Below are positions 19,095-31,132 of a stretch of 64,000 nt of DNA, piece after piece; the stretch's first letter is position 1, and each line of letters starts with the position of its first letter. Source of the stretch: Bacteroidia bacterium (GTDB taxonomy: Bacteria; Bacteroidota; Bacteroidia; B-17B0; Aurantibacillaceae); NCBI GenBank assembly GCA_026414605.1, contig JAOAIP010000019.1:5242-69241 (forward strand), given 5' to 3'. The notes beneath the pieces were generated by a model. The model was given only the letters and a program-made list of their open reading frames with translations, was not told the origin of the DNA and searched no databases. A program made the translations under genes and the position numbers.

Positions 19095-19145
19095 GTTTTG
19101 GGGAATTAACCAAAAAAGTAAAACTATGAACCCAAAACTATGCTA

Positions 19146-19592
19146 TTATCGGTTGGTTACTTTTTTTGCTGCTAAGCGGGCTTGTCGTTGTTTTTCTCTC
19201 ATCAGAGACAATACATTTCTTTTGTGATCTTCAAAGTTTCCAAAAGCCAAGGCATCAAGAATTTCTTCTTTTGTCATTTCGGGTTTTCCAAAATGATTTC
19301 GGATATTGTGAATGTTGTTTTCTACGAATTTTTCAAATTTTTCGGGAGCAAAAATATAATCGTTTTGTCCAATCGATTTAAATTCTTCGGGTAAAGATCC
19401 TTGTATGCGAACTTTAATTTCAATTCCTTCGTATCTTTTAGGTAATAATCTACAATCAAATAAAAATGGTCTGGTGAGCACAATAGCGTGCTTTTTTTTG
19501 ATAGGATCAATCATCTGAATACCTTCAAACTTGACACCCATTTTTTTCAAAAAACCGTATCGTTCTTCAAATCTTTTGTAGATATCGTACAT
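19146..19592 (-). CDS. Hypothetical protein
   Basis: About 148-aa charged ORF ending at the bidirectional terminator; no family recognised. Confidence 0.65.
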   Translation of the reverse strand: MYDIYKRFEERYGFLKKMGVKFEGIQMIDPIKKKHAIVLTRPFLFDCRLLPKRYEGIEIKVRIQGSLPEEFKSIGQNDYIFAPEKFEKFVENNIHNIRNHFGKPEMTKEEILDALAFGNFEDHKRNVLSLMREKQRQARLAAKKVTNR

Positions 19593-19666
19593 AATATAAA
19601 TTTGGCTTTGCAAAGTTACGGTAAATAACCCTGTTTTGTTTCATAAATTAGACAAAACCCCTCTTT

Positions 19667-19835
19667 TTTTCAACAAAAAATTGTTAATAATTTTTTTAAA
19701 TTGTGGATAAACAGTTGAAAAGTTTATTCAAAAAAGTTTATTAAAAGTGGATTAAAGTCATAAACAATTGAAATACAAAAATATAAAATGTGGATAATAA
19801 ATTATGAATAGAATGTGGATAAAGTTTTGTCAACA
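19667..19835. other. DnaA-box cluster, candidate oriC
   Basis: Perfect TGTGGATAA at 19702, 19789 and 19814, plus near matches at 19667, 19682, 19713, 19746 and 19827, in an AT-rich intergenic gap. Confidence 0.6.
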
Positions 19836-19921
19836 TCAATTAAAAACAATCAAAATAAAATGAATAAAAATAGTTGACATTAGAAATCGCCGTCTTCCTT
19901 ATCTTTTCTATTTTTGCCGCT

Positions 19922-21583
19922 ATGATAAAAGAATTTAGAGTTCAAAATTTTGCATTAATAAATTATGTCGATATTGCTTTTCAAGATTCTTTTGTTGTTA
20001 TCACGGGCGAAACAGGAGCAGGAAAATCTATATTGTTAGATGCTCTTTCGCTTGCTCTTGGCGGAAAAGCAGATTCTTCTTTGGTCTTTGACAAGACAAA
20101 AAAGACCATAGTTGAATTGGTTTTTGACATTTCAGAATTAGATATCCAACAATTTTTTGATGACAATGCACTGGATTATCAAAAGGAAACGATAGTAAGA
20201 AGAGAAATAACGCCTGATGGGAAATCCCGGGCTTTTATCAACGATACACCTGTTACTCTTGGAGTATTAAAATCCTTAGGAGAGTTTTTAATAGATATTC
20301 ATTCTCAACATCAAAATTTAATAATCAACAGTGTTTCGTTTAGATATAATTTTGTAGATGCTATTGCTGATACATTAAAAGAAAGAAATCAATTTACTCA
20401 ATTATTTAAGCAGTATCAAAAAGAAAAAAAGGAGTTAAATCAACTTATAGAAAATCAAAAACAAATTAGTAAAGAGTTTGAGTTTAATAATTTTTTATTA
20501 GAAGAATTAGAACAAGCACAAATTCAAGAAGGAGAATTACAACAAATAGAAGAAGAATTAAATCAATTAGAAAATGCAGAAAGCATCATACAACAACTTT
20601 CTTATGTCGTACAATCCTTGAAAGACGGCGAAATCAATGCCATTCAATTATTAGTAGATGCCAAAAACCATCTTCAAAGCATTGCCAAGTATCATCCAAA
20701 ATACGAAGAATTAGCACAACGATTAAATGCTGCAATTATTGAAATCAAAGATATTTCATTTGAAGCAGAAAAGCAATCCGCAGAATTAGATATAAATCCT
20801 GAAAGAATACAAGAGTTAAGGGATAGAATAGATCTTATTAATAAATTATTAAAAAAACATGGTGTTAAAACAGATAAAGAACTTATAGATATAAAAGAAG
20901 AATTAGAAAAAAAGGTGGAACAGTTTCAAAACAGTGATGATATTATTTCAGAAAAACAAAAAATCATTCATCAATTAGAACAAGAATTGCACAATAAAGC
21001 CCAAGTATTATCTCAAAAAAGAAAATCTATAAAAGACAAAATTGAAAAAGAATGTGTAAGTTTATTGAATGATCTTGCAATGCCCAATGCTCAATTTGTT
21101 GTACAAATTGAAAACACTAATGAAATCAATGAATTTGGAATGGATGACATTAAATTTCTATTTTCTGCCAACAAAGGCATTACACCATCAGAAGTTCAAA
21201 AATCCGCATCAGGCGGTGAAATAGCTCGTTTAATGTTAGCCATAAAATCATTGATGGCAAAGAAAATCCAATTGCCTACTATAATATTTGATGAAATTGA
21301 TACAGGGGTCAGTGGGTCTGTTGCAGGAAAAATGGGCGATATAATGAAAAGAATGGGAGAAGATATGCAAGTAATTGCTATCACACATTTGCCACAAATT
21401 GCTGCTAAAGGCACACAACATTTTTATGTTAGCAAAGTAGAAGAAAACAATAGAACAGTATCAAAAATCACAGAACTAACAGGGCAACAAAGAGTTATGG
21501 AAATAGCCAAAATGTTGAGCGACGAAAACCTCGGAGATGCCGCCATTCAAAATGCAATGGAATTATTAAAGTCCAAAAATTAA
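19922..21583 (+). CDS. recN: DNA repair protein RecN
   Basis: ITGETGAGKS, DIHSQH, ASGGEIAR, IFDEIDTGVSG, ITHLPQIAA. Confidence 0.97.
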   Translation: MIKEFRVQNFALINYVDIAFQDSFVVITGETGAGKSILLDALSLALGGKADSSLVFDKTKKTIVELVFDISELDIQQFFDDNALDYQKETIVRREITPDGKSRAFINDTPVTLGVLKSLGEFLIDIHSQHQNLIINSVSFRYNFVDAIADTLKERNQFTQLFKQYQKEKKELNQLIENQKQISKEFEFNNFLLEELEQAQIQEGELQQIEEELNQLENAESIIQQLSYVVQSLKDGEINAIQLLVDAKNHLQSIAKYHPKYEELAQRLNAAIIEIKDISFEAEKQSAELDINPERIQELRDRIDLINKLLKKHGVKTDKELIDIKEELEKKVEQFQNSDDIISEKQKIIHQLEQELHNKAQVLSQKRKSIKDKIEKECVSLLNDLAMPNAQFVVQIENTNEINEFGMDDIKFLFSANKGITPSEVQKSASGGEIARLMLAIKSLMAKKIQLPTIIFDEIDTGVSGSVAGKMGDIMKRMGEDMQVIAITHLPQIAAKGTQHFYVSKVEENNRTVSKITELTGQQRVMEIAKMLSDENLGDAAIQNAMELLKSKN

Positions 21584-21588
21584 AGTAA

Positions 21589-22407
21589 ATGAACGGAAAA
21601 ATAGGCGTGTTTGATTCTGGATATGGCGGACTTACAGTTTTTAAGGAAATCATTAAAGAACTTCCTCAATACGATTATGTCTATTTAGGAGATAATGCTC
21701 GTGCCCCTTATGGAAGCAGAAGTTTTGAAACAGTTTATAAATTCACATTAGAATGTGTTCAATTGTTATTTGATATGGAATGTCCATTGGTGATATTGGC
21801 TTGCAATACAGCATCTGCCAAGGCATTGCGAACCATTCAACAAAAGGACTTACCAAAGATAGCCCCCAATAATAGAGTTTTAGGAGTTATTCGTCCTACC
21901 ACAGAAGTTATAGGAAATTATTCACACACAAAACACATTGGAATTTTTGCTACAGAAGGCACTGTAAAATCAGAATCGTATTTGATAGAAATACAAAAAT
22001 TTTTTCCAGAATTAAACGTCGTACAGCAGGCCTGTCCTATGTGGGTTCCACTCATTGAGAACAATGAACATTTGTCCGAAGGGGCAGATTATTTTGTTCA
22101 AAAGTATATGCAATCTTTGTTAAAACAAGATGCACAAATAGATACAATATTATTAGCGTGTACACACTATCCTTTGATTTTACCCAAATTAAAACAATAT
22201 ATTCCTGATCATATACAAATTGTATCGCAAGAAAAAATTGTTGCGAAAAGTTTAAAAGAATATCTTCAAAGACATCCCGAAATAGAGAGTAAAATAGGGA
22301 AAAGAGGAAACAGATTTTTTTATACCACAGCAGAAGCAGATTGGTTTAATGAAAAAGCAGAATTGTTTTATGGAGAAAAAATAAATGCAAAAAAGATATC
22401 AAAATAA
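21589..22407 (+). CDS. murI: Glutamate racemase
   Basis: FDSGYGGLTV, ACNTAS, LACTHYP. Confidence 0.97.
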   Translation: MNGKIGVFDSGYGGLTVFKEIIKELPQYDYVYLGDNARAPYGSRSFETVYKFTLECVQLLFDMECPLVILACNTASAKALRTIQQKDLPKIAPNNRVLGVIRPTTEVIGNYSHTKHIGIFATEGTVKSESYLIEIQKFFPELNVVQQACPMWVPLIENNEHLSEGADYFVQKYMQSLLKQDAQIDTILLACTHYPLILPKLKQYIPDHIQIVSQEKIVAKSLKEYLQRHPEIESKIGKRGNRFFYTTAEADWFNEKAELFYGEKINAKKISK

Positions 22408-22435
22408 AAAGTAAAGAATTTGTTGATTTAAAATA

Positions 22436-22463
22436 AAAAAGCCCTTCAAAAGAAGGGCTTTTT
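22436..22463. terminator. Bidirectional intrinsic terminator
   Basis: AAAAAGCCCTTC-AAAA-GAAGGGCTTTTT between murI and hup. Confidence 0.85.
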
Positions 22464-22481
22464 AGCAGCACAACATGCGAC

Positions 22482-22763
22482 TTATTTTCCTTTGTTTACA
22501 GAGTTTGCTAACTCAGCACCAGCTTTGAATTTTACCACTTTTTTTGCAGGAATTTTAATTTCTTTTCCTGTTTGTGGGTTACGACCAGTGCGAGCACTTC
22601 TTTTAGTAACTGAGAAAGAACCGAATCCGATGAGTTGGACTCTGTCACCTTTCTTCAATGCTTTGTTGATTGCCTCAATGGTAGCATCGAGTGCTTTTGC
22701 AGCATCTGCTTTTGTGAGTTTTGCTCCTGATGCAATAGCATCAATTAATTCTGCTTTGTTCAT
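22482..22763 (-). CDS. hup: DNA-binding protein HU
   Basis: MNKAELIDAIA...GFGSF...RTGRNPQTG; true start 22763. Confidence 0.97.
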   Translation of the reverse strand: MNKAELIDAIASGAKLTKADAAKALDATIEAINKALKKGDRVQLIGFGSFSVTKRSARTGRNPQTGKEIKIPAKKVVKFKAGAELANSVNKGK

Positions 22764-22982
22764 AGTTTTACTTTTTTGGTTTTTGATAGTGCAAATATAA
22801 AGCATTTTATTTGATTTGTCAAGGGTTTTAGTAATAAAAATCGCCATTTTGTTGATAAAATCTATGTTTTGTGGATAAGTTGGGCGTAAAACAGTGGTTT
22901 TTGCAGGCATTTGATGCATTTTATGAACGGAAAACCTTGCTATTTGTATTTATTCTAAAATAGGCATTAGTAAATATATTGA

Positions 22983-25164
<2,182 letters not shown>

Positions 25165-25173
25165 TAATAAAAA

Positions 25174-26145
25174 TTAGTTTAATAAATACTGATACTTTTG
25201 TCTTAAAAATCTTTTATCTACACCGCTTTTCTTTGAATTTGTTTGACGATTTTCAATAGAAAAAACTAAATTGATTTCATGAGACCCTTGTTGGGCCGTT
25301 TTTAATTTTGAAACTAATAAGTCGTAACTGTATGTAATTTGAAATCTATCAAACATTGTCAATCCTATATGAAAAGCCAATGCATTACCAGGACGAATAC
25401 TAAAACCAACAATACCTGTTTTATGAATATGTAATCGCAAGGAATAATCTAAAAACAAAGGCATTGCTTTTCCACTCATTACCCAAAAAGTATTTTCCCA
25501 TACATAATCAGGATTTTCACCAAAATTATATCCCGCACCAAAAATGATTTGATTTTCGTTATTGTAATTTCCTCTATAAAAATCAGGATTAGAATATGTA
25601 AATTTGTAATTAGCAGCAAATAAATTGATCATTGATACGGATAGAAAGAAACGATCGTTGTAATACAACAAACCAAACGTACCTTCTAATTTTTTTTGCG
25701 AAAGAGTTGAACTACTTAAATCAACAGCCGCATCTATTTGATGGCGAAGTGTAATTAAAGACGGATTGAGTTGAAAAATGGTATATGCCAATGAAAAACC
25801 AAAAGAAAGTTCTGTATCTGCCATTTTAATATGATAAGCCAAATTGCCCGAAAAATAATTATTTACAAAAGGACCAATTTTATCATTAAAGATCATAATG
25901 CCACTACCCATTTTACCTTTCAAATAACGGATATTAAAACACAAAGCAGCCGTGATCGGACTTCCTGAAAATCCTGTCCATTGCTGTCTATAAGATGTAC
26001 GAGCGTCTATCCATCGCTTTGTCCCCGAAAATGCAGGATTAAATAAATAAAGATTTCCACGATATTGTGTAATAAATGGATATTGTTGCCCTTTTACAAC
26101 AGACAACAGAAAAACAAATACTATTAAAAAACGAATTCTAAACAT
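25174..26145 (-). CDS. PorP/SprF-family T9SS outer-membrane protein
   Basis: QQYP..TQY..N...FNPAFSG, YRQQWTG..GSP, YSYD......GSHEI. Confidence 0.92.
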   Translation of the reverse strand: MFRIRFLIVFVFLLSVVKGQQYPFITQYRGNLYLFNPAFSGTKRWIDARTSYRQQWTGFSGSPITAALCFNIRYLKGKMGSGIMIFNDKIGPFVNNYFSGNLAYHIKMADTELSFGFSLAYTIFQLNPSLITLRHQIDAAVDLSSSTLSQKKLEGTFGLLYYNDRFFLSVSMINLFAANYKFTYSNPDFYRGNYNNENQIIFGAGYNFGENPDYVWENTFWVMSGKAMPLFLDYSLRLHIHKTGIVGFSIRPGNALAFHIGLTMFDRFQITYSYDLLVSKLKTAQQGSHEINLVFSIENRQTNSKKSGVDKRFLRQKYQYLLN

Positions 26146-26967
26146 TTATTGTGCTTGATAATATCTTTTTGCTTCAGGTAAAAATTCTTGGATGAGTTTA
26201 ATTCTTGTTTCATCACTGGGGTGTGTGCTTAAAAATTCTGGTGGTTTTTGTCCGCCATGTGCAGCCATTCGTTTCCAAAAGTCAATGGCTAATTCTGGAT
26301 TGTAGCCCGCCATGGCCATAAAAATAAGTCCCATTTTGTCGGCTTCGGCTTCTTGATTGCGGCTGTATTTCAAAAGTGTAAGCCCAGATCCAACGCCATA
26401 AGCCGCCAAAAAGATATTCCGAGTTTCTTGTGGTTTTTGAGACAATGCTACCGCCAAAGACATTTGTCCAAATTGAGCCAACATTGCTTGCGACATTCGT
26501 TCGTTGCCGTGTTTGGCTAAAGCATGTGAAATTTCGTGTCCCATCACTACTGCAAGTCCTGCATCATCTTGGGTAATAGGTAAAATACCAGTATACACAA
26601 CCACTTTGCCACCAGGCATACACCAGGCATTGACGATATTTTCATCTACCACATTAAATTCCCATTTGTAAAGTTCTAATTCTTTTGATAATCCCTTTTG
26701 TTGATAAAATTTTTCTACGGCTTGTTTGATTTTATTGCCTACATTTCGAACTTGCAGTACTCTTAAATCGTTGTCAGGTAACCGTTTGTGTTGCTTTAAA
26801 AAATTATCATATTCCGTCAAACTCATATTGACCAATTCACCTTCTGGGATTAAACTTAACTGTTTGCGACCTGTAACCACATTTTTAGTGCAATGATACA
26901 AGAATAAACTGGATAGTGTAATGCTGAAAATAAAAAACCAATATCTTTTTCTCATCATCAAAATCAT
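26146..26967 (-). CDS. M48 family zinc metallopeptidase (lipoprotein)
   Basis: VTGRKQL, NAWCMPGGK, HEISH, EAEAD, FLSTHP. Confidence 0.93.
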   Translation of the reverse strand: MILMMRKRYWFFIFSITLSSLFLYHCTKNVVTGRKQLSLIPEGELVNMSLTEYDNFLKQHKRLPDNDLRVLQVRNVGNKIKQAVEKFYQQKGLSKELELYKWEFNVVDENIVNAWCMPGGKVVVYTGILPITQDDAGLAVVMGHEISHALAKHGNERMSQAMLAQFGQMSLAVALSQKPQETRNIFLAAYGVGSGLTLLKYSRNQEAEADKMGLIFMAMAGYNPELAIDFWKRMAAHGGQKPPEFLSTHPSDETRIKLIQEFLPEAKRYYQAQ

Positions 26968-27245
26968 TTTGCAATGATTTTAGAGTTAATGTTTTTTGAA
27001 AAGAGTTCTGATTGTATTTCTTCTAAAAAATCTTTTGATCCGCTTAAAATAGGATATTGTCCCTTCAAATGTGTTAGTAAAGTGCATTGCTCTGCACGTT
27101 CATAATCAAAATCACAAGTACTTACAAGAGATTGTATAACATGATCAAAAGAATTGACATCGTCATTTAATAAAATCAATTGATAATTTTGGGATGAATC
27201 ATTAGTCAAATGTTTGGGTTTTTGACTTGGATGTTTTTTATTCAT
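26964..27245 (-). CDS. clpS: Clp protease adaptor ClpS
   Basis: LILLNDDVNSFDHVI...AEQC..L.HLKG. Confidence 0.9.
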   Translation of the reverse strand: MNKKHPSQKPKHLTNDSSQNYQLILLNDDVNSFDHVIQSLVSTCDFDYERAEQCTLLTHLKGQYPILSGSKDFLEEIQSELFSKNINSKIIAK

Positions 27246-27434
27246 AACAAGTTTTTTGGCGAAAATGTATAGAAAAAATTATTAATCTTAAACTTTGATT
27301 AAATCAAAACATATTAAAACGTTAATCTTATTTAATGTAGTGATTAAAAATTGAAAATAATTATCTCATCTATAAATAAACAAAAATTTTTTTATTTACG
27401 ATATATCAATTACTTTTAGCCCTAAAATTAAATT

Positions 27435-29519
27435 ATGTCTCAAAAGGTTTATGTTCTGTTACTTTTTGTTTTTTGCTCTTTCTTTTCTTACTCGCAGTCC
27501 GAAAAAGAATTATACAGAGAAGCATTGTCTTATATGAGTGCTAAAGATTATGCTAAAGCATATTCTATAATGGATAAGTTGTATTCTAAAAAACCCAAAA
27601 ATGAAGATTATTTGTTTACACTTGGGCTTATTTGCTTAAATTACCCTGAAAGAAAAGATCGGGCAGTAGAGATTTTTGAAGCATTATCTCAAAAAAGAAA
27701 AGATATGTTGGAAATAAAATACTATTTGGGAAAGGCCTATCATATGAACTATAAATTTAATGAAGCCATTCCCTTGTTACAAGATTTTATCAATAATTTC
27801 GCATCTATTAAAAAAACAAGCGAAGAACAAAACGCTATGATCAATGATGCTCTTTTACTTTTAAATTATAGTGAAAATGGAAAATCTATCATGGAAAACA
27901 AAGTATTTTGTAAAATAGAAAATATCGGTGCACCTATAAATACAGAAGCATCAGAATATGTTCCTGTAATATCTGCAGATGAAAGTGTTTTAATTTTTAC
28001 TTATGTTGGACCAAAATCTACAGGCGGATTAGTGAATGATGAATTAAAACCCGATAAAGATGAGGGGTATTATCACGAAGATATTATGATTTCTTTTAAA
28101 AGAGAAGATGGAACTTGGACAGAACCCGTGGGAATTCCTGAATTAAACACACCTGGTCACGATGCCGCCATTGCTCTTTCACCCGATGGGCAAACATTAT
28201 TTATATTTAAATCCACTAATGAAGACAAAGGAGACATTTATATGTCTGTTTTAGATGGAAATAAATGGACAGAACCCACCCGATTAAATTCAAATATCAA
28301 TACAGAATATTGGGAGGGAAGTTGTTCGGTAAGTGCAGATGGTAAATATCTTTATTTTGCATCAGAGCGACCAGGAGGATATGGCGGTAGAGATTTATGG
28401 GTGTCGGAAAAAGTAGGCGATGATTGGGGACCTGCAAAAAATCTTGGACCTACTATCAATACTAAATACGATGAAGACGCACCATTTATTCATCCCGATG
28501 GTATTACACTGTTTTTTAGTTCAAAGGGACATAAAAGTATAGGAGGATATGATATTATGTATTCTATTAAAAAAGAGGGGCAATGGCTACCCCCAAAAAA
28601 TATGGGTGTTCCATTGAATACTACCGAAGATGATAGATATTATGTAATTAATGCAAAAGGAGATAGAGGGTATTTATCTTCAGATCGTGGCGGCTATGGT
28701 GGAAAAGGTGAACAAGACATATATACATCTACCCCTGGAATAGTGGGCGAAAAGCCCGTCTTAGCAGTGGTTACGGGTACGGTCTTTGGTAATGACAAAC
28801 CTATTGCAGCAGATATCATTATTACTAAAATGTCAGAAAATAAAGAGTTTAAATTGGTATCTAATCAAGTAACAGGAAAGTATTATATTGCTCTTTCACC
28901 TGGTCAAACCTACAAAGTAAAAGTAATAGCAAAAGGATATGAACCTACTGAAGAAGTATTTGATATTGAAAATATCAAAGAATACACTCAAATTAATAAA
29001 AACTTCTTTTTATTAACACCTGAACAAGTGGCTAAAATTAACGAAGAAATACAAAAAGAAAATGAACAACTAAAAAAAGAAAAACCAGAAGAGTTTGCAA
29101 AAACAGAACACCATTCTACTACTGATTGCGAAAGCAAATTACCAGAAAATTATTTGGAAGCAAAAAAACAAATTAGTAATCTTGAGATAACAAAAAAATA
29201 CGATGCGATCATCTCTTTATTAGCCAATTATTGCTTAGATGGGTTGATATTTAGAGTCCAAATAGCGGCATATCATTATCCTAAAAATTACAGTTACAAA
29301 CATCTGATAGAATTTGGACAACCTATTGTTTCTGCAGGAAATGATAATATTACTCGTTTTTATCTTCCCATAGACAATAAAACACTTAAAGAAGCCGAAG
29401 CATTAAGGCAAAAAGCGATATTAAAAGGACAAACAGATGCATGGATAGTGGCTTTTTACAAAGGAAAGAGATATACGCTACAAGAATTATTAAAAGAGGA
29501 TTTTTTTGCGAATAAATAA
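27435..29519 (+). CDS. TPR + PD40 beta-propeller + carboxypeptidase-regulatory-like protein with a SPOR-like C-terminus (PorE-like)
   Basis: TPRs, repeated INT...E..P....DG..L.F.S, GKYYIALSPG, terminal FRVQIAAY...AWIVA. Confidence 0.8.
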   Translation: MSQKVYVLLLFVFCSFFSYSQSEKELYREALSYMSAKDYAKAYSIMDKLYSKKPKNEDYLFTLGLICLNYPERKDRAVEIFEALSQKRKDMLEIKYYLGKAYHMNYKFNEAIPLLQDFINNFASIKKTSEEQNAMINDALLLLNYSENGKSIMENKVFCKIENIGAPINTEASEYVPVISADESVLIFTYVGPKSTGGLVNDELKPDKDEGYYHEDIMISFKREDGTWTEPVGIPELNTPGHDAAIALSPDGQTLFIFKSTNEDKGDIYMSVLDGNKWTEPTRLNSNINTEYWEGSCSVSADGKYLYFASERPGGYGGRDLWVSEKVGDDWGPAKNLGPTINTKYDEDAPFIHPDGITLFFSSKGHKSIGGYDIMYSIKKEGQWLPPKNMGVPLNTTEDDRYYVINAKGDRGYLSSDRGGYGGKGEQDIYTSTPGIVGEKPVLAVVTGTVFGNDKPIAADIIITKMSENKEFKLVSNQVTGKYYIALSPGQTYKVKVIAKGYEPTEEVFDIENIKEYTQINKNFFLLTPEQVAKINEEIQKENEQLKKEKPEEFAKTEHHSTTDCESKLPENYLEAKKQISNLEITKKYDAIISLLANYCLDGLIFRVQIAAYHYPKNYSYKHLIEFGQPIVSAGNDNITRFYLPIDNKTLKEAEALRQKAILKGQTDAWIVAFYKGKRYTLQELLKEDFFANK

Positions 29520-29536
29520 TTTAGCATTAAATAAGT

Positions 29537-31132
29537 ATGCAAAAAAAATATTCATATAAAGTTGTTTTAATTTTTATTGTTGTTTATTTGTTTTCATTAG
29601 GAGAATTATTGGCTCAAATGAAAAATGATAAACTTCAAGATAAGTTAAATAAAGCAGATGAGTTATTTGATCATGGAAATTACTTAATGGCGATTCCTAT
29701 TTACAAAGAATTATTAAAAAAAGAACCTGACAATAAATACGTCAAAGCCAAATTAGCCGTTTGTTATCTTAATACCAATCAAAATAGATCTGAACCAATT
29801 AAACTATTGGAAGAATTAACCAAAGAAGAAAAAACGGATATTGAAAACTGGTATTATTTAGGAATGGCCTATCATCTCAATGGACAAATTGATAAAGCCA
29901 TTGAGACCTTTGAAAAATACATTTCTCTAAAACCAAAAAAATCGGATATTGAAAAAGCCAATAGAAAAATACAACAATGTCAAAACGCTAAGAAACTAAT
30001 GAGTAATCCTATCAATATTACATTTACCAATCTTGGTCCTGAAATAAATTCACCTGATCCAGATTACTATCCTTATGTAAATGGCAATGAGACCTTTTTA
30101 GTATTTACTTCTCGTAGAAAAGAAAATGTTGGAGGAAATAAAATAGAAATTGATGGGTATCGTCCCAGCGATATTTGGTTTAGTAAAGTAGAAAACGGCA
30201 AATGGATAAAGGCATATAATGCAGGAAAAGTTATTAACACCAATTATGACGAACAATGTGTATCACTATCTACCGATGGCAATCAAATGGTTGTGTATTT
30301 TGATAATATAGAAAAATACGGAGATCTTTATACTTCTGATAGAAACCCGAATGGAGAATTTACCAAACTCAAACCCATGCATCCTTTTATTAGTGATCCT
30401 AAAACTATTGAAACAAGTGGTTCTTTTACACCCGATGGAAATACTTTTTTCTTTGCAAGAAGAATGAGTATAGATGATCAAAGCGATATTTATATGATTC
30501 GCAAATTACCAAATGGTCAGTGGGGAATGCCACAAAAACTACCCGAACAAATCAATACTCCATATAATGAAGATTTTCCATTCATAGGTGCAGATGGTGT
30601 GAGTTTGTATTTCTCTTCAGAAGGACATAATTCTATGGGCGGTTACGATTTATTTAAATCTACATGGAATCCTGAAGAAAACACATGGACACCTGCTGAA
30701 AATTTGGGATACCCTATAAATTCTACGGGTGATGATAGAAGTATTTGTATGACACCCGACAATAGAGTGGGGTATATCAGTGCATTTAGACCAAATGGCA
30801 TAGGAGATTTGGATATTTACAGAATTCGTTTTGACGATAGAGATCAAATCATTAGAATAATTACAGGTAAAGTTTATTTGAACGATACAACTACAAAAGC
30901 CATTGATGTTCCCGTGATGATTATAGCAAAAAATAAAAAAACAGAAGAAGAAAGACAATTTGTTCCAAACTCAAGAACCGCCAAATATGTAATTGCACTT
31001 GAAGCAGGTGAATATACTATTACAGTTTCTGCCGATGGATATGAAGATTATACAGAGCATATTTCTGTATCTGATATTGGAAAAATTGAAATTGAAAAAA
31101 ACAAAGATTTTATATTAAAGAAAAAACCATGA
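29537..31132 (+). CDS. TPR + PD40 + carboxypeptidase-regulatory-like protein (PorE-like, no OmpA domain)
   Basis: Same architecture; ends after the CRD-like domain. Confidence 0.8.
   Translation: MQKKYSYKVVLIFIVVYLFSLGELLAQMKNDKLQDKLNKADELFDHGNYLMAIPIYKELLKKEPDNKYVKAKLAVCYLNTNQNRSEPIKLLEELTKEEKTDIENWYYLGMAYHLNGQIDKAIETFEKYISLKPKKSDIEKANRKIQQCQNAKKLMSNPINITFTNLGPEINSPDPDYYPYVNGNETFLVFTSRRKENVGGNKIEIDGYRPSDIWFSKVENGKWIKAYNAGKVINTNYDEQCVSLSTDGNQMVVYFDNIEKYGDLYTSDRNPNGEFTKLKPMHPFISDPKTIETSGSFTPDGNTFFFARRMSIDDQSDIYMIRKLPNGQWGMPQKLPEQINTPYNEDFPFIGADGVSLYFSSEGHNSMGGYDLFKSTWNPEENTWTPAENLGYPINSTGDDRSICMTPDNRVGYISAFRPNGIGDLDIYRIRFDDRDQIIRIITGKVYLNDTTTKAIDVPVMIIAKNKKTEEERQFVPNSRTAKYVIALEAGEYTITVSADGYEDYTEHISVSDIGKIEIEKNKDFILKKKP

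Noticed and set aside
22850..22878. DnaA-like boxes (TGTTGATAA, TGTGGATAA) between hup and pyrG
   Set aside because: Only one perfect and one near match, too few for an origin; at most a regulatory site.
22764..22919. 52-aa N-terminal extension of HU in the ORF track
   Set aside because: HU begins at MNKAEL, and the extension spans promoter sequence. The same applies to track extensions of the response regulator, recN, pyrG and DUF1599.
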